Below are positions 49,461 through 62,299 of a stretch of 64,000 nt of DNA, in pieces. The position numbers and the translations under genes are program-made. Position 1 is the first letter of the stretch; each line of letters starts with the position of its first letter. The notes under the pieces were generated by a model. The model was given only the letters and a program-made list of their open reading frames with translations, did no database searches and was not told the origin of the DNA. Origin of the DNA: Camelus dromedarius (Eukaryota). The DNA lies in NCBI RefSeq assembly GCF_036321535.1, contig NC_087437.1, forward strand, positions 48,858,001 through 48,922,000. The letters are read 5' to 3'.

Positions 49461-52400
49461 CTTCTTAGTCTCATGACATAACTGACATCAATGAGAGCTG
49501 TGCTTGTTCCACCGAGGCAGGCATGCAAAATTTAAAAATAAAAAAGAAAGAAGAATTCAAAATCAGCTTCCCAAAGAAAATACCTGAAGTGTGAGTGCCC
49601 ACTTCTTGCTGGCTGAGTGACAGTTTTATACCAGAGGTCTCCTTGGGTTTTGCTTTTCTGCTAGTGAAAACAAAACTTGTAAAATGGAAGCAATCAGCTA
49701 AATATTTCCAACTAGTTATTAGTTCTCTTTAAAAGCAGAGAAGTGTCAAAATTTAAAGTTTATAGACTTTTTTCTCTCTCCCTAAGTAGAAAAAGATACA
49801 GGTGCTGTTAGCAATGAGGAATCCGGAATGTTTGGGAGTTATTTTACAGAAAGAAATGAAATTGTTCTATAAATATTATAGTTTCCTTTTAGATGCACAC
49901 TGGATGCACAGTGCTTCAGTTGGAGAATGTTCTTTGAACACAAATATTTCAGACAGTGGTGTCAGGAGTGTCATGCTGTAGCAGATGTATGTAGTCATGG
50001 TAAAGTGCAGTATCTTCACAATGGGCATATACTCTTCACTCAGAAGTTAATGGTTGCTAAATTCATAGCAACATGTGACCTCACTGCCCATTGGTCATCT
50101 TTCTGTGAAACTGGCTTCCACAGAATGCTAACTAGGAACTCATTTTTAATGCCAAATTCTAGGCCTGCTTCAAATATTTGGGAGCCCCCTCAAGGGACCT
50201 TGTGGTTCACTTTTGTGCCATGCTGTAGACATCATGTTTCTCTAGCTGGAATATTGGGACTCATGATTCTGATAATGAGACAGAAAAATTGAAATTGAGA
50301 CCATTCCAGCACATCTAGGGTATCTGATATAGTAATAGTAGCTATGAAGATGTCTAGCAGGCCTAAGATGTCTAGCAAAGAAAGCCAAGGAATTGTCTAC
50401 TGGCGGAACTGTTTCCGGAGAGGAACTCCTGTGGGAATGGGTTGACACTGGGTATTCTGTAAGTCTTCAGAATAACTTTAGCAAGAAACCAGAGGATTAT
50501 GGTTCAATTGGAACCTGGATTAAATTGAATTGATTTGACTATCCATGGGAAGTCCACAGCTTCTGGTGTACTTTTTGAAGCCCACGACCAGTATGAACTT
50601 TGTTTTTCACCCTGTTTGCTAAAACATTTTAAGCAAACTAAATGAATCTTTCTTTCGATTGTACTTCTAACTGAATTACCGTATGCTATTTGGAAATCAT
50701 AATTAGTTTTGAAATTTACATTTAAATATAAATTGTGCACTATCACACTGATTGATCTGAGTCTAGGATAAGGAGAAGAGAATTATTCTCATAGTTTTAG
50801 TCTTACTATTTACTCCAATGCTTCATCTATTGCATGGAATCCCAAATGTGCCTTAAAAACTCTGATTGGTGTATAGAGGCTTCAACTGCGTATTATTCTT
50901 TCCTCAGCTTCTCATTTTTACATCATCTCTCATTCATTTAGAATGCAGTTTTAATTTCCATGGCCAGTGTGGCTTTTCTGTGTTCTCTTAAAGGAAAACT
51001 GCCGAGGTTGATAGGTTCAAATTTGACTTTTCTTCCTAAGTGCATTTATGCGTTGCCAAGATCTTCCTGCTTCCTTACATGCTTTTGATTTTAATGGTTG
51101 ATGCACTGCCAGTTGACTCAAGGACCAAGCAATTACAATAATGTCAGCCCTCAAATGCGATTGTATAAATCCAGAATAGTCTGCTGCTTTTCTTTGTACT
51201 TAAAGAGTGTAACAAGAACAGTGCCCAGGAATCAATTTAAGAACAATAGGCTGTTGAGTTAAAGCATTATTATCATTAAGAGGTATTTTTACAATGCTTC
51301 GCATTTTAGCAATGATTAAATCTAGGTTCTCAGCCCACTCCTGCCATGACTTATTAGGTCACCTTGGGCGAGTCACCCTAATGCCTCTGAGCTTCCTCAT
51401 TTATAAAATAAGGGGTTGGACTGGATGTTTTTCCAGGTTATTTAAGATTCTTAAATTTATGATTGATAAAATTATTCTGCTGAATACTTTTCAAGTTAAT
51501 CCCACTTTTATGATTAAAAATGGAAACAGTGATATTAAAACTCAGTGTTATACAATAAGTCTTTTACAAAACTGACTTGAATTCCTAATTCTTGGCTCAT
51601 GCTAACACTATTGGTTTTAAAATGTGAATAATACAAAGACAATTTTTAGAGGCAAAAATGTTTTAGACATCTGGTGTTGACAATTATTTATTGTAAATTA
51701 TATAAATATTTAAGAACATAAAATTAGGCATACATTTCTTATGCTTGTAGCTTCTACAAAATTGAAGGAAATCAATAAATTAAACATTGAAAAACTTAAA
51801 ACTTTAACTTAGTAAGCTGAATGATGTTGTTTTGCTGAAACTGAAACATCTATTTGCATCTATTGAATGTTGAATTTGATCCTGTCTGCTATGGGATGGG
51901 TTTCTTTGAATTTGGCACATCTAATTAATAGTGCCATGTCATGACAACTGTTTAACCAGTTTCCTTTATTTATTTGTACAGCAAACTGGGATGTTATTTG
52001 GCCTCAACTAAGTGCAAGTATATCATTTACTTACTTAACGTACCTTTCCCTTTTCTCCTTAGCTTTTAACAATTAAAGCAGTGCAACTTAATGCCAGTGT
52101 AAATGTAACACAAACATGAGCACTGAGGTTATGTGGCAGAAATTATTCATTTGTGCATTAGTAATTCATATGCCAGATACTTCTATGTGCCAGGTCCTAT
52201 TCTAGTCCCTGGGGATATAGCAATGAATAAAAATGAAAAAGGCTCTGCCTTCACAGAGTTTATATTCAACTAGGAGTCATCAGGATGATTTACAGTATTA
52301 ATTTTACACTATTTTAAAATAAAAACAGAAGTAAAAATGTTACTATAAGGAACTTGCTGACCCTTGGGAATAAGTCCATTGCATATTTCTAAGAGATCCA

Positions 52401-52574
52401 TGGATCCAAATTTGAGAAAGCTTCCTCTCTTTAATTTCTTTCTTTTGCATTAGAAACTTCCTAACTTTTGCAGAACCTTTAAAAATAGAACAGTTTGTCT
52501 AGTGCATAACTTTTGGTAGAATTTTAATTTGCAAGGAGCTGATACCTGGGCCACATTGCCCAGGCAGCTAAGTT

Positions 52575-52720
52575 AAGGCAGCGTGGCAAAATGGAAAGAG
52601 CGCCTGTTCAGGGATTTGAAGACTGGGACTCTTGGCTTGGTCTGTCATTTAGCAGACTGTGTGACCTTAAGGAGGGCATTAAACCTCTCTGAACCTCAGT
52701 TTCCTCAGCTTCAAAATCAT
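52575..52720 (+). mobile_element. MIR SINE
   Basis: ctgtgtgaccttaagg...aacctctctgaacctcagtttcctcagct. Confidence 0.7.
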
Positions 52721-55197
52721 TCATTCTTACCTTTTTGGGAACGATAACTCTTTGAGAACCAGATGAATCCTATGAAGCTTATGCATACTAAATGGCTTAT
52801 ACACATGAAATTTTGCTTATGAGTTCAGAGGACTTAAGAACTCCTACCGTTCAGAGATAACCACTAGTAATTTTTTGTTGTAAATATTTTCTATTATTTA
52901 GTTAGTGCTTGTCCTCTAAACAATATATTGTGACAACTTTTCCATTTTTCTGCAACATAATTTTAATGGATATATTGTAATACATTTAAGCAATGGCTTA
53001 TCACTAGACAACATAGTACATACCCGTGTCTTTTGCATAGCATCAGTTCTCCCTGTTAGTGGTAATTGTATCCCACATTTCTTTTGTAGACATATGCTAT
53101 TTTAGCCATGTTTCTGGGTGAGATTTCTCTAGCAAAGCCATATGATCAGAATCAGAGTTTATATGTAACCAAGTTAGATCTAGTATGATGCAAGAAAGCA
53201 TTTGTTAGCAATTCTGGGGAAAAGAAGATTTTCATGCTCTGAATTTGATAGTGTTTAAGTGATGATCATTAGGTGGACCAGTTAGAAAATGAAGCTGAAC
53301 CTCAGAATAATCAGACTCATAAGGTGGATTGTGGTGACATTGTTGGAACCTGAAAACAGCTTTAAAGCCTTTGGATATTTTTCAGTTATAAGAACCAATA
53401 CGTTTTCATTTTGTTTAAGCCCTTATAAGTTGAATTCTTGGTCACTTGCAACTTAAAGAACCCTAAATACAGACATTTAGGTTATTTTCAAAATTTTGAC
53501 TATTATAAATAATGCTACAATGAATATCCTCACAGTGTTAACTCTTTGGAGTATCTTTAATTATTTCTTTAATGTTAATTCTATAAGTAGAAGTCATATT
53601 AATTCTGGAGTGTAATTGTCTGGTTCTGTTTTCTGCATCACGTATGGCAGAACTGAATTTAGATACAAATTGATGTAGATTGAATGGTTTATTAGCATGA
53701 ATCAATGGTAATATAACATTTTTTCTTTTCCACCCAGGATTCAATCCACAATTATGCATTGCACTTAGTTTTTTATGCTTCTGTAGTCTCCTTTAACTCA
53801 TAGTAGTTCCTTGATCTTTCTTTTTCTTTCATGCCATCCATATTTTTGGAAAATACCTGCCAGTTGTTTTACAGAATGTCTCTCAGTTGGGTTTGTCTGT
53901 TTCCCTATGAGTAAATATAGGTTAGGAATTTTTTATAGGAAAATTATATAAGTGGTGTTGTGTCTTTCTCAGTGCATCATATTAGAGGGTATGTGATGTC
54001 ACTTGTCCCATTATTGGTGATATTAACCATTTTTCCCTTGGAAATTAGTAGGTTATACATGAGAAGATTCTCTGATGCTGTGTATCTTTTTCTCCTTAAA
54101 ATACTACACAATAGTTATAACATCTTTTTCTGATTGTTGCCTGAATTGATTATTGCTATGATGGTTGTAAAATGAAATATTCTAACTCCATCATTCCTTT
54201 TACAGTTATTAGTTGATATTCTGTAGTTAGAATGAGCTTTTCCTTCTTTCTTATTCACTCACTCACTCATTCATTCTTTTACCTTTACTATCAGCATATA
54301 CTGTTACATTCTTGTTTGCTTAAATGTGTTACCATTCTTTGTTATCATTAGTCTTTTTTAAAAATAAACTTTAAGTTTTGGAATAGTTTAGGTATATAGA
54401 AAAATTGCAAAGATAATATACAGTTTCTGTGTACTCCCCACCCAATTCCCTTTAAAATTAACATCTTACATGAACATGCTATATTTGTCAAAACTAAGAA
54501 ATCAACTTTGGAACATTGCTATTAACTAAATTAGAGACTTTATTTGCCTTTCCACTAATACCTTTTTTTCTGTTCCAAGATCCAGGCCAGGACACCACAA
54601 TTCATTTAGTCAGTATAGCTCCTTAGTCTCCTCTGATCTGTAATGTTTTCTCAGTCTTTCCTTCTTTTCATGACCTTGACAGTTTTGAAGATTTACTGGT
54701 CAGATATTTTGTAGATAGTCCCTCACTTTGGGTTTGTAAGATATTTTCTCATTATTAGATTGGGGTTATGGGTTTTGGGAAAGAATACCACAGAGGTAAG
54801 GTGCTTCTCTCATTGCATTCTATTTAGTGGTACATCATATTAACCTGACTTATCACTGATGACATTAACTTAGTGTCTGCCAGATTTCTCTCCTGAAAAT
54901 TTCTATTTCCCCTGTTTCTTTCTCTATTCTTTGGAATAGACATTCTTTGGCAAGAAGCCTGTACTCAAGGCTTTAAATTAAGCTCCACTTCTTAAGGGAG
55001 GGGAGTATCTACATATATTGTTTAGAATTCTTTTGTAAGGAAAATTTCTTCCTTCAATTTGCTCCCATTTATTTATTAAATCATTTATCTATATTGCTAT
55101 TGACTTATGCATATTTATTTTATACTTTGGGTTATAATTCAGTACTACATTAGTTTTTTTTCCATTTGTTCCACTTTTAGCCATTTGTAGTTCTTTT

Positions 55198-56059
55198 TTT
55201 AAATGTATATAATCATCTTTATTATAATTCATTAATACATTTGAAACTGACATGGATCTCTTTAATAAGACATCTAGGTTCTAACGGGCATATGCTTTCC
55301 ACTCATTGTTAGAAAATCCAGTTTACTTCAGAATAGTAAAAAAGGTCAAGTAATATCTTAGTGTTATTATGACAAGTTTCCAGCTCATAGGAAACCTGGA
55401 AGGGTCTCTGGGCTCCCAGGTCAAAAGACTATATAGACCTGCCCACACTCAAATGTCTTCTGGAATTCCTTAAAAATTTCAGTGGGCCCCTGGTCAACAG
55501 GATATTCTATTACTCTGCTGGTCTTTAAGGTGCAGTTCTAGGGTTAAACACTGTGCCCAGACATTTTCAAACTGTCCAGGCTTATCTTCCAAAGATGGTG
55601 TACTGCTTACTTTACCAACTCTCCCTGCCAAAAACTTAACGCTTTGGGGTCCTTTATTTGATTAACTGCATAAGTGTTAACTACACAGTTAGGTAAGACT
55701 CCTCTTCTCTCCCCAAATCAAGTTGTTTGGAATCCCGAATAAATGCTGTAAAACAGAGCAGGTAAGAGCTTAATCCAGTAGTACTGCAAAACTGATTAAA
55801 GCAGATTTTTCCTTCACTTTGGATCAACCCAGATCCAGGCTGGTTGATCTAGAAAGCTTTTTCCTGCATGGTTTGTCTCTCCAGTCATTGTCCATAGGAC
55901 CCTGAGAAGCTGTAGGAATATGCAGGTGCAAACTCAAGGCCTGGCTTTATCTCCAACATTGTGGAAAGGGACTGTACAACATGGGGCAGAGCCCTGTGCT
56001 CCCCTACACTACCTGGAGAGAGCCTGGGGAGAGTGACTTCCCAGGGTATCCATGTTGGT
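55198..56059 (-). pseudogene. snoRNA retroposon: U17/SNORA73 plus downstream host-gene (SNHG3-like) intron and exon, with poly(A) signal
   Basis: 16-bp TSD catt(tg/ca)tagttctttt at 55182-55197 and 56060-56075; AATAAA (minus) at 55218-55223 near the T-run; 3' splice-site-like ctgctctgttttacag at 55746. Confidence 0.85.
55855..56059 (-). ncRNA. SNORA73: U17/E1 (SNORA73B-like) H/ACA snoRNA retrocopy, 205 nt, ACA box mutated to AAA
   Basis: Minus strand reads ACCAACATGGATACCCTGGGAAGTCACTCTCCCCAGGCTC...CTGCATATTCCTACAGC...GGACAATGACTGGAGAGACAAACCATGCAGGAAAAAGCT, matching recalled U17. H box AGATAA 55947-55952, m1 AUAUUCCUA 55913-55921, m2 AAACCAU 55868-55874. Confidence 0.9.
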
Positions 56060-56629
56060 CATTCATAGTTCTTTTAGCTTGGCTTCTGGGTCTTTTTTTT
56101 TTTTTACATGTTCCTCCCCAGCCCAGCAATTTCTTACTTTCTATCATCACAAAATGCTCCAGGCTGGTCTTATGTTTTCCTTCTCCAGCCCTAGAATCAG
56201 CTCTTTCTCCAAATATTATTTTTGACTCTCAATTTTTCCAAGATTTGGCCAGTGAGAACCTTTTTAAGCTGGCTTCTTGATTATCTTAATATGTCCCATC
56301 AATTTTTAAGCAGTTTAAACTTTGTTGCACAATAAGATGTTCCAGTTTCACCTTACTACATTTTTTTCTCCTGCTGTGGAATCTGCCATTTATCCAGATA
56401 ATCTTGTTTCATTTTATTTGGGAATGATACTTAGAAATCAAGATCTAGGCACTAGGTGTGCTAATTGCTATTAGAGACTCATTGCTTTTAGGATCTTTCT
56501 GCAGACAGAGCTAAGTTCATGGTTCTTCTTAGCTTTCTCTCATTCCATGTTTGTAATATTCTTTTCCCACAGTGAGAACTGTGGCTCCCAATAACTTTAA
56601 TATTTACTCATTTGCTCAATCCTGTAATA

Positions 56630-56631
<2 letters not shown>

Positions 56632-56679
<48 letters not shown>
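56632..56679. repeat. (TA)~24 microsatellite
   Basis: Seen directly. Confidence 0.95.
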
Positions 56680-56686
<7 letters not shown>

Positions 56687-56809
56687 TACATACAACATAG
56701 TTTCAGGATTAGAACTCTCATATCTCTATAAATAAAAACTAAATAAGAGGTCAAGATTTGTTTGTAGTTCTTCCGTATCTTCAGCCTGAGGGTATATTCA
56801 AAATATTAT

Positions 56810-57263
56810 TGTATTAGTCAGGGTTCTTTAGAAAAACAGGACCAATAGGAGATTATATGGAATTGGCTTATACAGTTATGGAAATTGAGAAGTTCCACAA
56901 TCTGCTGTCTGCAAACTGGAGACCCAGGAAAGCCAGTGATGTAATTCAGCCCAAGTCTGAAGGAGTGAGAACCAGGGGAGCTAACAGTGTGAATCCTAGT
57001 TCAAGGGTCAGAGAAGATGAGATGTCCCAGCTAAACAGTGGAACAGGAAAAAAGGGACGAACTCCTCCTTCCTCTACCTTTCTTCTATTAAGGCCCTCAA
57101 GGGATTGGATGATCCCCACTCACATTGAAGAGGGTAGTCTATTTTACTGAGTCCACTGATTCAAATGTTCATCTCATCCAGAAACGCAATCATAAACACA
57201 CCCAAAAACAACATGTGGGCACATATGGTCAGTCAGGTTGACACATAAAATTAATCATCACAG
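56810..57263 (-). mobile_element. ERVL solo LTR (MLT2 family)
   Basis: tgtattagtcagggttct...gaagttccacaatctgctgtctgcaaactggagaccc...ttgacacataaaattaatcatcaca. Confidence 0.85.
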
Positions 57264-57274
57264 TTTTGTTCTAT

Positions 57275-57490
57275 AGCAGGGTCAGCAAACTTTTTCTGTA
57301 AAGGGCCACATAATTTTTTAGGCCTGGTGAGCCACATTATCTCTGTTGCAACTACTCAACTCTACCATTGTAGCAGGAAATCAGCCAAAGACAATAAGTA
57401 ACAAAAAAGCCTGGATATGTTCCAGTAAAACTTTATGTGCAAAAAGCAAGTGGTGATTTGAATTTGGTCAGTGAGCCATAGTTACCTGGA
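57275..57490. mobile_element. MER58A-like hAT-Charlie element
   Basis: caggggtcagcaaactttttctgtaaagggcca...tctctgttgcaactactcaactct. Confidence 0.8.
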
Positions 57491-59184
57491 TTCTAAAATT
57501 ATTTAGATTTTTTCTTTTTTTATTACATTTTGTCTTTAGACCTAGGACATATAGAACCAGTTCCTTGCATTCATTTTTCTTTTCTTTTTGAGATTATGTT
57601 ATTTATTTCTCTATGGAGTCAATTTTAGGGTGTGTTTTCCTAATTCTTCTTGATTTAACTTTATATTTATGATTTGCAGACTTCCTGATATTTTGTTTTG
57701 TACCCTGGGCAAGCTGCTTAATTTAGGAGGAGTAACTTTGGGTTTTCTAATTTAAGAAATTACAAGTGTAGCCAGAGAAGTTAAATAAGAAGATTGCCCT
57801 GACCCTGTGCTGGGCGCTTAGAGGCATTATCTTATTCAATGCTCATCATAGTACTACCACAGTTTACTGAATCAAGATTCCATAGATTATAAGACATGCT
57901 TTTTCTCATTTCAGAGATGTTAAAATGTTAGAACTGATGAAACAATATAATGTAGGTACTGTTATTTTTGTTGTTTTAAGAGTGAGTAAATTGAATCAGA
58001 AAGGTTATTTGCCCAAGAGTACATAGCTAATAGGTGGCAGATTCAGGAAACAAACCTAAATCTCTTTCCCCTAGATGTTTTCTATTGCCTTCCCTCTCTT
58101 TTTCCTTCTCTCCCTTCCTCCCTTTTTTTCTTCCTTTTAAACATTTAAAATTTTTGTTACTGGGGTTTACCATCTTTATCAAAAATTGGCTCATCTGATT
58201 GTTTACTTATCAAGCTTCATCCTTTCCATCATCTCAGTTTTTTTGAAACCTACCTTCTCAGGAATCCTTACCTCAAAACTAGAAATGAGTTGGAGATTTC
58301 CCATTATCATGACCTATTTAGAATGTGCCACTTATATATTTTATTGTTTATTTTATATAACATTAACATTAACTTTCAGTAATTATTATAGGTCTTTTGT
58401 ATGATCAAGCCTTTGTTAAATTTTTCACAATTTTGTTTAACCAAAAAGGCCCTTTTATGTATTGTATATTTCAACATAATTTACTTTATTGTATAAATTT
58501 CTAGGGAAACAAAGTTGACATGGATATATATGCTTTGGGATAGTATTACGTATATGCTTTGAGATGATAAAGGGGTGATATGCCTAAGGGATAAATATAG
58601 GAAGAATAATTGTCTGTAATTGAATTACATCATGAATGGACCTGTATATTGTCACATATTCAAGTACCAATAGTAATAATATTCCTGCTACTAAAAACAA
58701 TAATATAAAAATAACAGGTAAATAATGAGCATTTACTGAGTGTTTCCTACATTCAAGCATGTTTGAAGTGTTTTATGTGCATTCATACATTAAGTTTATT
58801 TTATTCTGAAATTCCATAAATAAGTACAATTATTATCCCCATTTTATAAAGAAGACAAATTACTCAAGGTTACATACCTAATAAGAGGCTAAGTTAGGGT
58901 ACAATATTTAAGTGCTGGTTTAAGTATTTGAAACTATTTCAGCTCAGTGATGATAGATGGTACATTACAGATATGTATAGCTTCCTATAGAGAAATAAGT
59001 TCATGAAATAAATTTATTTCCAAGATATTATTTATTCTAAGAACTCCCCTCTTATATAAGCCAGGACTGTGGGTGCTTCCTGGGGTCAGACTCTGAAGCT
59101 GTGTGGGAGAGGTTTAAGTATGGCCAGTGAATCTCAGAACACAGGGCCAAGGCAGCTCTGGAAAGCAAAGTTCAGGTTGTAGTA

Positions 59185-59910
59185 GACATTGTAGTTGTTC
59201 CCTCAGCATTCATTCCCCTTCTCTGGGTCACCTGATTTTCATTTGATTATCTACTCCTCTTTGACTCAGCCCACATGTTTGTGGGAACTTGACTTCACTC
59301 TAGGGGAGGGGTTGCATCTGCAGCAACATAGTCCAATCATCTGGTCAAAATTTTGGTTTGGAGGTGACATATGGGCTGACTTGAGTCAAAGATGTTGGAA
59401 AAGATATTTTCTGGCAACTTCTAAGGAAGAATCACTCTTTATCTTTCTCATATTCAAAACTGTTTTGTTCAGATAAAGAGCCTGGAAGTACTGCAGCCAT
59501 ATTGCTACTATGAGTGAGGCGGGCCTTAGGGTAAAGCTGATATCATGCAAGAGAAAGCAATGAAAGAGAGTAGATCTTGAGGGTTCTCACCACACCAAAA
59601 ACCAATAACAAAACAAAAAAAGTAACTCTGTGAGGTGACAGATGTGTTAATTAATTTCACTTGTGCTAGTCATTTCACAGTGTATACTGGTATCAAGCCA
59701 TCACATTGTACACCTTAAATATATATAATTTTTCTTTGTCAATTATGCCTAAGTAAAGCTGGGGAAAAAAGAGTGAAGATATCTTTTAGCCCCGAAATCA
59801 AGTAATAGAATCCTGACCCACCATCAGACTTCTAGTCAATAAACAGAGTCAGTAAACTCTGTTTTATGAAAACTAATTTAAGTTGGATTTTATGTCACTT
59901 GTAATGGATG
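59185..59910 (+). mobile_element. Old MaLR LTR containing a short L1 3' end (~59545-59770)
   Basis: gagcctggaagtactgcagccatattg; L1 tail gtagatcttgagggttctcaccac...gtaaagctggggaaaaaa. Confidence 0.6.
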
Positions 59911-60289
59911 CTGATACAGGGGTAAGGAAAAAACTTAAGCTAATAAGATAGGTCAAATGGTACATCAGATTGAAAGACTTGATCTGAGAAGTGGAGAGTA
60001 GTAATGTGGCACGGAACGGAAATTGGGGACGTTAAGATAGAGTCAGGAGAGTTTTGAATATTGGACGGGAGTGAGTAGAGCTGAGAGAAATTATCTGAGT
60101 TGAAGCGTTGTTTTTGCAGGTGAAAGGAGATGACAGAGTACACCAAATTGGTTCAGAGCCTCTGTATGTTTGCCTTACACATCAACTTGGCTCTGAAGAA
60201 GGGGTCAAGAAAAGTACCTTAATATTATCACCTTTGTCTTTGAAAACCAGATTTCTTTACAAATGAATGCAGATCACAATATGTGAAGG

Positions 60290-60900
60290 CTGGCTTGTTA
60301 CTAAAATGTATAAAGACCTCCACTTTTTCCCACAAGGATGAACTGCTACGGGAGTTGCCCTCCCATCATAAATAATTAGAAAATCAAACAAAATCTATGG
60401 AACAACTATATTCAAATATTGGACAACAGATGGTCCAGGACTATAAACCCTAACAGAAGGTAAACAAATGAGGTAAAATTTGTGATTGTATCAGTTTTCT
60501 CCCGGAGGCAGTTTCCAGGTTGTGTGCAGTACAGGCAGGGAAAACCAGAGCTGAGCTTAGCGATCTTAGTGCGCTGAAGTGATAGATCAATTTAAGGGAA
60601 TATAGGCAACTAGAATTTGTGGGAGAGGATTGGAGAGAAGGAAGCTGCAGTGAGAGAGCGCTCCAGAGATCTGCAGAGACGTCCCCTCAAGTCTTTGGCT
60701 GAGTAATAATCTGTACATGCACTTGAGGAAACTCACTGAGGCCACCGAAAGAAGAATCAGAAAGCAGTAGGCCCAACAATTCCTGGTTCACAAAAAGCTG
60801 AGAGTAGTTCGTGTCCTCACCAGTTTGAGTGGAGGGGACTCTAAATACACATGGCACTGGGTGGACACTCACGTGTGTCATGCCTTAGTACCGAGACTAA
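60290..60900 (+). mobile_element. Ancient L1 5' UTR fragment
   Basis: aacaactatattcaaatattggacaacag, caactagaatttgtggg, gctccagagatctgcagag motifs recalled from L1M 5' ends. Confidence 0.5.
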
Positions 60901-62299
60901 ATGAGTCCTAGAATAAAGGTTTGTCTGAATCACCCGTGGGATGCGAAGCTGCTGATGTATGGAGACTGTTCTCAGTAATCACAACACCCCTTTCTTTTTG
61001 GTTTCTAAATATTATTCTGATCCACCTTTGTATGTCTCAGAACTTTCCACTTGGCTGCCTAAATTCTGATCCTGTTTACAGTCCTTTGAACTTGGTCTTC
61101 TAGGTGTTTAACTTTAGTTCTACCTAATACAGGATTGATTCTTTTCTGGTTCTCCTTACCCTGTGCTGCCTTAACCCTGACACATAAAATCTATTCCAAT
61201 TTTGAGAATCTTGGCCACCGTCTGTGGAGGATCAGGCTACACACACTGCCAGCATAGGAATTTAGACAGAGAGCACTTTCTTTTTGTTCTTCCTCAATGT
61301 TTTCATGAGATTTCAATACTGGATAGAGATTAGGAAAAGCTTCTGCTCACAGAAAACATTCGGAATCACTGTTTATAAAACAAAACAAAACAAAACAAAA
61401 TTCTCACAGAGTCAGTTGCTAAACCTCAAGTAGCTCAACACGTTAACTTAAATCCTCATTTGTTGTGATAGGCATTGAGGAAATGCTGTTAAATGTAAAT
61501 CTAAGATAGGACTTTTTTTTCATGGATAAAATGATGTATACTTCTGTTAGAAAAACTCTTTGGGATATAGTGCTCCCAGCTGAGCTGGGGGCTTTTCTAC
61601 CAACTGGTAATGAGCCTGTCCATTGTGAATCACTGCCAATGTGAGATGAATTAAAGGAATGTCTTCTTTTGAAAACGATGATAGTTACCATTAATTGAAC
61701 ATTTACTATGGCCGGATATTGTTCTGTCCATTATCTCCTCAGGGGACTGACACAGCTGATAGGCCATTAGATTAAATGACCTCCAAGGGTCCTCCTGGCC
61801 CCGTGACTCTGAGTCAGAAAATAGCACTAGATGGTTTGTTGGTGTGAACTATATTTTGTTGGCTTCAATTTCCATTATTTTCCATTTTCACCATTATTAT
61901 AGAGAATACCCTCTAAGCTACCACTGTATGGAAAGCTTGAGCTTGAATGGTAATGGTCAGTCTAGCCAGTGCTCCCTGCCAGACACCTTCCCGAAAGCTG
62001 CAACATTATGGGTACGAGGAGGTAAGAGTGTTCATCAGGGATCTGAAATGCCTCCACAGAGAAACCTGGAAGAACACATCTCTTTATAAGTATAGTTGTC
62101 TAAAGGACACAGATAGAACAAAAGGACCCAGATGAACACATATGAGAAAGGGCCACCTCCCTTGACTGTCTTATTTCCGAGTTTTCAATAAAATCATGAG
62201 ATACCTTAAGATTCAGAAAGAGAGGTTCCACCATTGCCTTTTGTAATCCTCTAAAAGGTTATCTTTTTAGAAGTTTTCAAGTCTTTTGCCAAAAATACA

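Larger units (their letters stand above)
53470..56800 (-). mobile_element. Nested ancient L1MC/MD/ME 3' regions
   Basis: Typical 3' UTR motifs (gaaaaattgcaaagata, ttcatgaccttgacagttttgaag, ttttgggaaagaataccacagagg); interrupted at 55198-56059. Confidence 0.65.

Noticed and set aside
49927..50292. 121-aa ORF in unique sequence
   Set aside because: No recognisable domain, splice context or codon signal; consistent with chance.
55845..55890. SECIS-like ATGA..AAA..GA pattern on the minus strand
   Set aside because: Spacing is 10 nt rather than 11-12, pairing is poor, and the segment is fully explained as the U17 3' hairpin.
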